Positions 53,101 to 62,370 of a DNA stretch of 64,000 nucleotides are shown here, in pieces (within the stretch, counting starts at the first letter, position 1; each line of letters begins with the position of its first letter). The translations under genes were made by a program, and so were the position numbers. The notes beneath the pieces were generated by a model that searched no databases, was not told the origin of the DNA, and was given only the letters and a program-made list of their open reading frames with translations. Source of the stretch: Lama guanicoe (Eukaryota); NCBI GenBank assembly GCA_013239625.1, contig MU054098.1, forward strand, positions 434,001-498,000, read 5' to 3'.

Positions 53101-54868
53101 AGATACACAACAAATGTTTATCTAATCACTTGGCTAGTATTTTATCATTTTGTTATTATGGAAAATTCACAAGGTCAAATTTTAAACAAAATCATATAAG
53201 AAAATAAGAATTGGACTTTAGGGAGTAATTTTTGTAAGCAAAATGAAGAGCTTTCACAGTTAAGTAAAGTAGTTCTATTTAAAAAAGCACACAAATGAAA
53301 GGAATGCTATAATCAATCATAATTATAGTATCTGTCGACTGAAATAAATGCACAGCTTAAAAGTTGAGAGTTGTTTAATTTGGCGGGAGGACTCGAGCTC
53401 GGATGACAGACTCTCAGATGGCTCTGAGGGACTGCTCTGAAGGGGCAGGGGCGGAGCCAGGATATATAGGAGCTTTACAACAAAGACCAGGTAGTTGGAA
53501 CAATAAAAGATAACTTGTTATCTAAAGAAAAGCAGGCATCTCAAGTTAAAGAATTTAGTGCTTTTCTCTGTATGGGAGGGAGCAAACATTTGGGCTCACT
53601 GAATTCATTCCTTTGACAAGCACCTAGCTACCTAGGGCCAGTATCCTGTCCTTTCTTATTCTGAGTCCCTTCAGGGTGCACCACTGTGAGTGGCTGCAGA
53701 GGCTGGGCTGCAAGCTTGTCCTCACTGGGGGGTGGCGGCAGCCGCTGTTGACTTGATGGCTTTAGCATTCTTTGTTTACTGATATGGTTTGCAGTATTTT
53801 TCGTTCACATATCTATGTATTGGCAAATATGGCAGAAGTTGCCAAGTTTAACTCAGTTCTTCACCATTTGCTAGTTTATTTATAAAATATTTCAGTTTAA
53901 AAAATAATTGTAAACTTCTAACCCTTCCCCCCTTTTTTTTTTTTGTGATTTTTAATCCTAGGTGACATACGGATGAAAACGTTGGTGTTTTTCTTGATAC
54001 CATTTGCTTTTGTCTCATTATTTCTTTTGCTAATAACTTGTCTGCTTTTGTATAAGCAAAAAAATTTACTGAAAATGGTAAGTTGTGTAACATTACAACG
54101 TTTAGTTTGAGATAGTAGATAAAAATATTTTGCATTTAGAACTGATGGACCTACATTTATAATTTTGCCTATACACCGTGAGGGTACAGTTGATGTTGTA
54201 TGGATTATGGAGTCTTCAGAAAGTGCAGTAATTTAGAAAATTAACCCTAAAAAACTACATTTTGGGGTGGATTTACTTTTGATAAGATATAAGAATAATG
54301 TTTTAGAACATGAAACACTATTTACCTCTAGATTAGGGGAAAATACAAGAGTTACAGGAGAAAAGCAGGATTGGGAGAAAGGAAAGAGTGACTTAAAATG
54401 GACGTAGACTGAGATATATGACTAGTGTGTCACAGGCAAAAGATCACAAAAATTAAAAAACTTGGTGCCTGTACTCCAAGAGCTCATACACTAGTTGGAG
54501 GAGATAGAATCTGTACAAAAAATAAAACCTGCATTACAAGCTGATTTTAGCTGATTGCTATTTGAGTTGTACAGATGATGCTATAGAATTTCAGAAGATG
54601 GAGGGATCACTATGGATTGGTGGGCTTTAAGGAGGAAGTATGACTTGGAGAAAAATATCTTAATGCCAAGTCTTTTAACAATAAAGGGAAATGTGAATGT
54701 TGCTTTATTTCTCTGCTGAATGCTTTTTTGTCTATTTCTCTGAGTTCTTAATCTAAGTGAAATAGTTTGTGTTATTAATGACTATTTGTTAATAATGGAG
54801 TTCTTTCTTGATTTCAGATTTTTCAAAAAAAAAAAGAAGTCTTTTCTCATCAAGAGACACTCTGTTGA
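41020..54868 (+). CDS. IL13RA2: Interleukin-13 receptor subunit alpha-2, complete spliced CDS: join(41020..41113,42818..42969,43988..44141,44664..44784,47630..47814,48722..48867,50276..50420,53962..54077,54818..54868); 1164 nt, 387 aa
   Basis: Manual splicing gives an uninterrupted frame MAFLHLDIRCLYTLLICTAFGSTLSSNAEIKVNPPQDFEIVDPGYLG...KDGFDLNKGVEAKIHTLL...DMDCVYYNWQYLLCSWKPG...VRSKVNIYCSDDGIWSEWG...IFQKKKEVFSHQETLC*, recognisably IL13RA2. All introns are GT-AG and phases are compatible (94+152+154+121+185+146+145+116+51=1164). Confidence 0.97.
42317..42743 (-). mobile_element. L1M 3' fragment in IL13RA2 intron
   Basis: L1MB-like 3'UTR; TSD agtaa(t/c)ctagattt at 42303-42316 and 42744-42757. 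Confidence 0.85.
42818..42969 (+). CDS. IL13RA2: IL13RA2 coding exon 2 (VNPPQDFEIVDPGYLGYLCLQWQPPLSLGNFKECTIEYELKYRNIDSESWK)
   Basis: Acceptor ttttatttcag, donor AAG|gtaagc; 152 nt, open frame. Confidence 0.96.
43988..44141 (+). CDS. IL13RA2: IL13RA2 coding exon 3 (TIITKKLYYKDGFDLNKGVEAKIHTLLTGQCTNGSEVQSSWSEATYWTSTQ)
   Basis: Acceptor ctttttatcaaacag, donor AAG|gttaaa; overlaps ORF 43919..44146. Confidence 0.96.
44664..44784 (+). CDS. IL13RA2: IL13RA2 coding exon 4 (GNLETKIQDMDCVYYNWQYLLCSWKPGMGVHFDTNYSLFYW)
   Basis: Acceptor catttcttag, donor CTG|gtaagt; C-x9-C-x-W cytokine receptor signature. Confidence 0.96.
45357..45554 (-). mobile_element. Short L1-3'-derived insertion within an intronic L2
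   Basis: Perfect 15-bp TSD catagcctcccaaat at 45342-45356 and 45555-45569; body similar to the L1 3' end at 5850-6035. Confidence 0.85.
47630..47814 (+). CDS. IL13RA2: IL13RA2 coding exon 5 (YEGLDHAVQCADYIKANGKNIGCRFPYLESSDYKDFYICVNGSSESQAITPSYFIFQLQNI)
   Basis: Acceptor tttctttttatag, donor TAG|gtgaag; overlaps ORF 47640..47903. Confidence 0.96.
48722..48867 (+). CDS. IL13RA2: IL13RA2 coding exon 6 (VKPLPPDDLSFSVKNSKEINLKWSIPRGPIPAKCFIYEIEFKEDDTAWV)
   Basis: Acceptor ttttaattttcag, donor GTG|gtatgg; 146 nt, open frame. Confidence 0.95.
50276..50420 (+). CDS. IL13RA2: IL13RA2 coding exon 7 (TTTIENEIYFTRTSNESHRLCFLVRSKVNIYCSDDGIWSEWGDEQCWK), WSXWS-box exon
   Basis: Acceptor tttcttgactttcag, donor AAG|gtatga; overlaps ORF 50096..50470. 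Confidence 0.96.
50586..50710 (-). mobile_element. Short L1 extreme 3' fragment
   Basis: ttttttaaattaaagtgtagttgatgtacaatattatataagtt... typical L1 3' terminus in antisense. Confidence 0.6.
53333..53809 (-). mobile_element. ERV1-type solo LTR (477 bp) in the intron before the TM exon
   Basis: TG...CA termini; perfect 4-bp TSD TATC (53329-53332, 53810-53813); minus-strand TATA-like (53460-53470) and ATTAAA (53374-53379); GC-richer than flanks. Confidence 0.88.
53962..54077 (+). CDS. IL13RA2: IL13RA2 coding exon 8, transmembrane (GDIRMKTLVFFLIPFAFVSLFLLLITCLLLYKQKNLLKM)
   Basis: Long pyrimidine tract and tcctag acceptor, donor ATG|gtaagt; ~23-residue hydrophobic run followed by basic residues. 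Confidence 0.94.
54818..54868 (+). CDS. IL13RA2: IL13RA2 last coding exon (IFQKKKEVFSHQETLC*)
   Basis: Acceptor ttctttcttgatttcag; in-phase TGA at 54866-54868; followed by a short UTR with poly(A) signals. Confidence 0.88.
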   Translation: MFQKKKEVFSHQETLC

Positions 54869-54871
54869 CTC

Positions 54872-54945
54872 AATAAATTCATCTCAAGGCCAGATGTTAA
54901 ATAGGAGCCTTATTAAACTGAATTTTTCTCCAAATGTTCAATAAA
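54872..54945 (+). terminator. IL13RA2 polyadenylation signals (AATAAA 54872-54877, ATTAAA 54912-54917, AATAAA 54940-54945; the last is the most likely)
   Basis: Hexamers seen directly; GT/T-rich sequence (ttgttgtattt) about 15-25 nt after 54945. Confidence 0.65.
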
Positions 54946-55045
54946 TCTTATTTTAAAAGCATTGTTGTATTTAAATAGGCTTTGGAACACTCAAATTGTC
55001 AACTAATAGTAAATTTTCTGGATTCTATTAAGAGCTTTTTTTTCT

Positions 55046-55519
55046 TGTTAAAAAACGGAGTTCAGTCAATTAAATTTGAAGATCTACTTGGTTTTATTAG
55101 GCAATTCATGAATCAAGCTGCATCCCATCTAGCAACTAGAAGGGTAGCCTGAGGGATTGTACAAAATAGAAGATTTTTATAGGAAGAAGGGTGGGGCAAG
55201 TGACCTATTAGCAAAAGAAAAGGAAGGATTATTTTTAGGCCAAGACGTCTCCTTTTTTTGGTGGTGGGGGGAGTATGGGGGAGGAAAGGCAAGGGTTTTA
55301 TAATGCAGATTGCCTCTTCTTCCTCTGGGTGCCATATAGAGGGTCCATGTGGCAGATGATCTCATTGGTGCTGACCAGAAAACTCCAGACTGGTTGATTA
55401 AAATTATATTTCCAGTGAAGGTTGAAACTGCAATTAGGTTAGGTGTTAAATCTAGGTTTGGTATTGTGGGCTTTAGCACAAGTTATGCCATTTTGGACCT
55501 GTGGTTTTTCTCTTTAACA
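55046..55519 (-). mobile_element. ERV1-type solo LTR (474 bp) just downstream of the IL13RA2 3' end
   Basis: Inverted termini tgttaaa...tttaaca; TSD ttct/ttcc; minus-strand TATAAAAA (~55174-55181) and AATAAA (55093-55098). Confidence 0.8.
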
Positions 55520-56180
55520 TTCCTCAGTCCATGATGAGAGTGCTGCATGTACAGAAGTCCAGGCATGGGTCAGAATCCCTTAGTGATGTATTAATAAAAC
55601 AATGTGATTTTGCAGCTTGCGCTAAGCCATAGAGATATTGTCACATCTTGGAAGATCAGAGTCTAGTTTTTTAAAAATTACACTTGGGATGAAAGTATTT
55701 ACCAAAAATAAGGTTGTTTGGCTTTAAAAATAACCTGTGGAGAGGATTCATACGAAGCAAGAAATTTTAAACACATTCATATCCTAAATGTGTGCTTCGC
55801 ATTTCATGAAAAGTTGGAAAGAACGCAGTGCTTAAAAGCCTGAAGATAATGAAATGACTAGAGATCATATTTGAAATATTCAGATGTCACAAACTATGCA
55901 TGAAAGCTTGAGAGTTTCCTGTATTAGTTGGCAGCATTTCCTACTTTCTAATCGTGTGATTTTTATTTTTTATTAGTTCAGAGACCAAAAAGCACAAGCC
56001 TCTGAAGTCAGAAGCTTTTTAAAAGTACATCCAATCTTCAGACAAATTGCCAGTTGACTTCTAGGAGGAAATGTGGCAACCTAGGTATAGACAGTTACTT
56101 TAAGATTTAGAGAGTAATGACCTCCAGATGACAATCAAGAGCCAAGTTTTAATTTGGATCAATATCTGTTTAATATTATT

Positions 56181-56345
56181 CAGAGCGGTTCTACTCTCTG
56201 CCCCACAGATCAATAGAATGGGAATTTATTAGAAGAAATGCAGAATCTCAGACCCCAGCCCAGACTTACTCAATTTAGCAATGTGCATTTTAACAGCATC
56301 CCCAGGTAATTCATTTGCACATTCAATTTGAAAAACAATATAGCA
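56181..56345. mobile_element. MER5-like hAT MITE
   Basis: aaatgcagaatctcagaccccagcccagacttact...tgcattttaacagcatccccaggtaattc is a typical MER5 core. Confidence 0.7.
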
Positions 56346-57224
56346 GTATTCTAGAATGAAAAAGACTAAATATAATGGAGGGATAAGCCCATGGGCAGGG
56401 TAACTACAGCTTTGACTATCATTGGCACTGATCATCTATCTCTAAAAGGGGAAAAAGTACTAAAACTGAGGTGTGAACCAGAATACCATCCTCTATTATC
56501 ACTTGTAATCAATGATAGAATGCACCACCACTGTTTCTTAACTAGACCTATCCTTATTAAACATTTAAACTCCTACAGTAGTATGAATTAGGATATAATA
56601 TGTTTGGCAGATTACTCTCAAACGAGGGCTTACTCGAGTTGTTCTTAGTGTATTGAGGGATTTTGAGGAGGAAAGAGGAATGTGGAGGGGAGAGGTCAAG
56701 TCTAGGCAGGGAAATGGCAGGCAACTTCATCCTTGGAGGCTGAATGGGTCTTGAGGACCTAGGATTTCAATTCTCCTGTTCAGAACATGCATAACAAGAT
56801 CTACTAATCAAAGATTTCAGAAATCTCTGATTAAACTTAGAAGTCTCTACCAGATTTGCCCTAATAGACTGGCTATAACAACCATGTGGCACCAAATCTG
56901 GACAGAGTAGGACCCCTGGAAATCCTGGCCTATTAGCTTTATAGGTTTTAACCTCTAAATAATGCGACTCCCAAATTTTCTGAAATTGAATTTTTTGAAA
57001 TCTCCCTCTCTACATTATGATAGAGTTTTAAGGTATTGAATATTTCTTAAATGCTTGGTACATACACAGTGCCTTAAGCCATGGTCCCCCTATCTTCTGC
57101 CACCTAGGGCTGTCCTAGCCCCTCACTTTGAACTCCCTCCCTTAGGACCTGCCAGCAACTAAGGAATAACACCTTTCACAGCAGGAGTTCCCTAGGATCC
57201 TACTCTGAGGCAAAAGTGAATGAG

Positions 57225-57405
57225 GATGGCTTCATGGGTATGTGCCCTGTGCAAGTACACAGGGCCCTATTCTTGGATACTTGAAAGGGCCTCAAATATG
57301 GTTAAATGATCTGCTATCACCATCTTGAAATTCTTAATCATTTTTGAAGAAGGGGCCCCATATTTTATTCTTTACTGTGCCCTGTTAATTTTGTAGCCAC
57401 TCCTT
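57225..57405. mobile_element. MER91-like hAT-Tip100 MITE
   Basis: tctgctatcaccatcttgaaattcttaatcatttttgaagaaggggcccc core motif. Confidence 0.55.
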
Positions 57406-57759
57406 ACAGCCAGCATCAGTTCTGATTAGTCTGCTCAAGATGTACCATTAAAACATTTTGAATATCACCTCTGGTTTTTTATATTCATATTCATACCACA
57501 TTCTAGACACTGTGATAGTCACAAACAATAACTATCCAGCCTGAGGCAGTCATTTGCTTGAAAGAGGGAGAAATGACATTTATTGAGTGTCTCCTGTAAG
57601 TCAACTTCTATGCTAAGTGCTTTATATAACACTATATCGATAATTTTTTCAATCCTCAACACATTCTGACAGGTATATAAGGTGCCGATATTATAAATGA
57701 AGAAAAACTTAAGTTGAATAATACATTTAAATTGTTTAATTCAAAAAATGTCTCTAGGG

Positions 57760-59265
57760 ATAGAGAAGGACATTTTTAAATGATCAAAGGGTGACTCCAT
57801 TAAGAAGACATAACAATTATATATGCACCTAACAAGACAGCCCAAAAATACATGGAGAAAAAAACTGATACATTGAAGAGAGAAATAGACAATTCAACAA
57901 TAATAGTTAGACTTCAATAAACCCACTTTCAATAGGGGGTAGAAGAACTAGGCAGAATATCAACTATGAAAAAGAGAACTTGAATAATATAAACCAGCTA
58001 GACCTAACAGACATCTATACAACAATTTATTAGACAGAGGCAGGATACCCATTCTTCTTAAGAGCACATGAAACATTCTCCAGGATACCCCATATGCTAG
58101 GACATAAGACAAACCTAAATAAATGATCTAAATAAATTAAAAGGATTGAAGCCACATAAAGTATGTTCTCTGAATATAATGTAATGAAATTAGAAAACAA
58201 AAAATTGAGAAACATAAATATTTAGAAATTAAACAACATACTCCTAAGTAATCTAAGGATCAAAGAAGGAATCACAGGAGACAGTAAAAAAATATACTTG
58301 ATCCTTGAACAATGCAGAGGTTAGGGGACACAGACCCTTCCTGCAGTTGAAAATTTGTGTATAACTTACAGTTGGCCTTCTGTATACGTGGTTCCTCCAC
58401 ATCCACAGTTCCACCTCTGCAGATTCAACCAACTGCAGACTGGGTAGCACTGTAGTATTTGCTATTCAAAAAAATCTTTGTGTAAGTGGACATGCCCATT
58501 TCATACTTGTGTTTTTCAAGGATCAACTGTACTTTGAGAAGAATTAAAACAAAAACATACCATACCTAGCTTATGGGATGCAGGCAAAGCAGTGCTTGGC
58601 AGTAAATTTATAGCTATAAGTTCATATATTAAAAAAGAAGGAAAAAAATAGATAACTTCACCTTCCTTAAGACACTGGAAAAAGAAGAGCATACTAAGCT
58701 CAAAGTAAGTATACATAATAAACAATAAATATTAGAGCAAAACAAATAAAATAGAGAACAGAAAAACAACAGAGATATTCAATATCAAAAGTTGGTTATT
58801 TGGAAAGATCAACAGATTGATAAAACTTTAGCTGTATTGATCAAAGAGAGGAAGAAAACTCAAATTACTAAAATTAGGAATGAAAAAGGAGAAATTACTA
58901 CCAACTTTAGAGAAATGAAAATAATTGTAAGGGAATACTATGCCGCAAACTAGAAAACTTAGATGAAATGGACAAATTTCTGGAAAGACATAAATGGCTG
59001 AAATTGAATCAAGAAGAAATTAAAAATCTGAATAGTAAAAAGATAGAATTAGTAATTTTTAAACTTCTCTGCTCACCCCCCTCAAAAAACAAAACAAACA
59101 AACAAACAAAAAACCTTAGGCCCAGATAGCCTCACTGGTGAATTCTACCCAGTATTTAAACAAGAATCCATGCCAATTCTCCACAAACTCATTCTAAATG
59201 TAGAATAGAAAGAAACATTTCCCAACTTATTCCACAGGGACAGTATTACCCGGATGCCAAAACTA
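57760..59265 (+). mobile_element. Decayed L1 ORF2 (endonuclease to pre-RT region)
   Basis: atatatgcacctaacaa, gacttcaata..cccactttcaa, aaaagttggttatttggaaagatcaac, ttagatgaaatggacaaattt are L1 ORF2 hallmarks; many stops. Confidence 0.85.
58295..58529. mobile_element. Tigger2/MER8-type MITE inserted into the L1 ORF2 fragment
   Basis: TIRs ttgatccttgaa / ttcaaggatcaactg with TA on both sides; L1 sequence resumes after 58531. Confidence 0.8.
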
Positions 59266-59269
59266 GAGG

Positions 59270-61550
59270 CCAGATATTTTGCAGAATTCTCCTCAGTTTC
59301 GATTCACACAGTATTTCCTCACGATTAGTTTTATGTTAGCCATCTTTGACAGGAACATCACAGAAGTGATGCTGTGTTCATATCATTGCATTCTATCAGA
59401 TGGAGCATGATTTCAGCGTGTCCCATTATTGATGATGTTCACATGGATCACTTGATTAAAGTGGTTGCTATCAAACTTCTTCACTGTAAAATTATTCTCC
59501 CTCTACCTTGTAATTAATAACTATTTTGTATTTTAAACTATGTAAATATTCTATTTCTCATCAAATTTAGAGTTATTTATTTATATCATTTGATTAATAG
59601 TTTCTTATTTTATTCAATAGCTTTATGAAGAATTTCTCAGCAAGAGAAAGAAGGGGAAGGAGGAGGAGGGCCTTGAATTGAATTTTGAGGGACAAGTGGG
59701 CATTGCCAGTCAAAGATAGATAAAGGGCATTTCGGGTAGAAAACTTACATGTGAATTATGGAATTATACTTAGCATGCAGGATTTTGGGGGAGGAGGACC
59801 ACAGAGGTGGGCCCTTTTCATCACCTGATATCAAGGGTACATACTATCAACATGACTTATCCCTATTAATGTTCTAACTTCTAAGAAATAGGGAGTTATA
59901 TATGACCTCCCTGAGGGAAGGATTATTTATATAAATTATCTGAAATTCTTCTGCATGGGAAATTGGTCTATTCTCTCACATTTGCTTATTTATTCAATCA
60001 TTTATTTATATCAGTATGGACTCATAGATATTTATTTTATACTTTGGAGTATAATCCAATATTACTTCATTTATTATGTTATTCCTATTCCAGCTCTGGC
60101 CACTGGGCACTCTTTCCTGTCTTCTTTGACATACCCCATCACTGTGGGGCTTTTTAATTTTTTAGCATTTTCTTACTTTTTTGACTCATCTCCTAAATTT
60201 CCTCTCTGAGCCCTAGAATCAGTTGTTTCTCCAAGGAACCTGGTTCCTTTTATTGGAAACTGGTTTTAGGAACCCACATCTGTGCTTATTGCTACCTAGC
60301 TGTTACAGATTTCTAGAGTGTCATTTCTTTTAGGCCCTTTCAGGTAACAAAGAAGCATATGTGTGTATACTCAAATCTCATAATCATACCATATATGCAT
60401 ATAATATTAGTATATATACATATCTATAAATATTTCTATATGCACCATCTGTATAAAAATTAAATATGAATTAACACTGATGTATCCAACAGTAATACGT
60501 TACTACATGAATCACTTTGCTTATTTATAATTTCCCACTCCAACAATCGGAAATTTGTCTCCCACCATCTGCCATCTGTTTAATCAATTGTTCATTTCAA
60601 GTCTACCTGTAAACAGTATCAGGACTGTAAACCTATACCTCCATGGGAAGAATATCATCACCTGGAGTAGGGTGCTTTTTTCTTTGGTTTTAGTTTTACA
60701 GACTCTGCTCATTTCCAAAGTTACTGAAGTTGGCACTACTTTCCCCGAGCCCCTGAAGTGAGGTTGTTTCAGACATTTCTGATATAGTTAGATTGTTCAG
60801 TCAAATTCTGCATTCCATTCTCGATGTCAAATGTTTTTTTAAAGTATGCATACATTAAATTTCGCTCTTTGTGCTGTAAAGTTCTATGGATTTTGACAAA
60901 TGTGTAGTGTCATGTATTCACTGTAAAAACATTACACAGAATAGTTTCACTGCCCTAAAACATCCTCTATGTGACACCTAAACCTCTGTCAACCACTAAG
61001 ATTTTTACTCACTCTATAGTTTTACCTTTTCCAGAATGTCATATAATTGATATTATGCAATGTATAGCCTTTTTCCAGACTAGCTTATTTTACTTAGCAA
61101 CATGCAATCAAGTTTCATACATCTTTTTTTTCATGATTTGATAGTTCATTTATTTTTTATCAGTGAATAATGTTCTATTATATTTATATACCATAGTTTG
61201 TTTATCCGTTCAGTTATTAAGGGACATCTTGGTTTGTTCCAGTTTGTGTGCGTGTGTGTTTGATTATGAATAAAGCCATTACAAAATTCATGTGCAGATT
61301 TTTGTGTGAACATTAGCTTTCAAATCAGTTGGTTAAATACACAGGAACAAGACTGCTAGATTATATGGTAAGAAAATGTTTAGTTTTGTAAGAAACTGCT
61401 TCCAAAGTGACTGTACCATTTTGCATTCCCACTAACAATGAATGAGAGTTCTTGTTGCACCTCATTCTTTGCCAGTAATTGATATTGTCAGATTTTTGGA
61501 TTTTGACCATTTCGATAAGGGTGTATCAGTATATCATTGTTTTAGTTTAA
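59270..61550 (-). mobile_element. Ancient L1MC/L1MD-type 3' fragments
   Basis: Antisense L1M 3'UTR motifs (e.g. ttccaaagtgactgtaccattttgcattcccactaacaatgaatgagagtt); boundaries approximate. Confidence 0.7.
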
Positions 61551-62269
61551 TTGATCTACTTTAAAAAGTTACCTTATTTCCATATTGCGATTGTTTGTAG
61601 CATTTACAGTGTGTTTTATTATAATTTCCATAGGTGTTTCATCTCTAATCATGTTTAAATAGATCCACTGCTCAACAAAACTTTTCCTGCTATTTATACA
61701 ATCAGTTCTAACTTTGCTAAATAAATACTCTAATAATTTTTTCTTCATGAAGGACTGATTCCCTGAGATCATGTATTTTGTAAATATTTCTTTCTAGTTG
61801 AACAACACTGCCACATTTTCTTTTCCTGAGCATTGCTTTCTCTACTAACATTTAGTGCTTCTACACAAAAGTTCAGCATAAGCTTCTCCCTTTTTTTGTT
61901 GTTTGGTTTGTTTTTTGCCTGAGTGTCCAAAGGAGGTTTTCTGTATTTTTGAAATCCAAGAACTTTACTAGGACAATGTGTTGATGTCCATTGTTCTTCG
62001 CATGTCATGTGTTCTTTAATATATAAATTAAGATATTTCCTTGAATTTAAGGAAATTTCCTTGTATCAAGTCCTTGAACAATTTTTTTCTTTTCTGATTT
62101 ATTCTTGTCTCTTTTTCTGGGAAACCAATTATGTATATATTGGATCCCGTATTTATGTCTTATAAAGTCAACAGTTTCTTTCTAAATCTTTTATATTCTT
62201 TTCCATTAAAAAAAAATCACTTTTCTCAAGACATTCATCCTATCTCTTTCTGTGATTTTAATGATGTCT

Positions 62270-62370
62270 CTTCTCTTTTTTTTTTTTTTTTACCTTTCCT
62301 TTTTAATTTTTTTTTTTTTTTTCTTTCTCGCTCTTTTTTTTTTTTTTTAAGACAAGGTTTTTTTTTTCCA
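62270..62370. repeat. T-rich low-complexity tract
   Basis: Several runs of 10 or more T. Confidence 0.85.
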
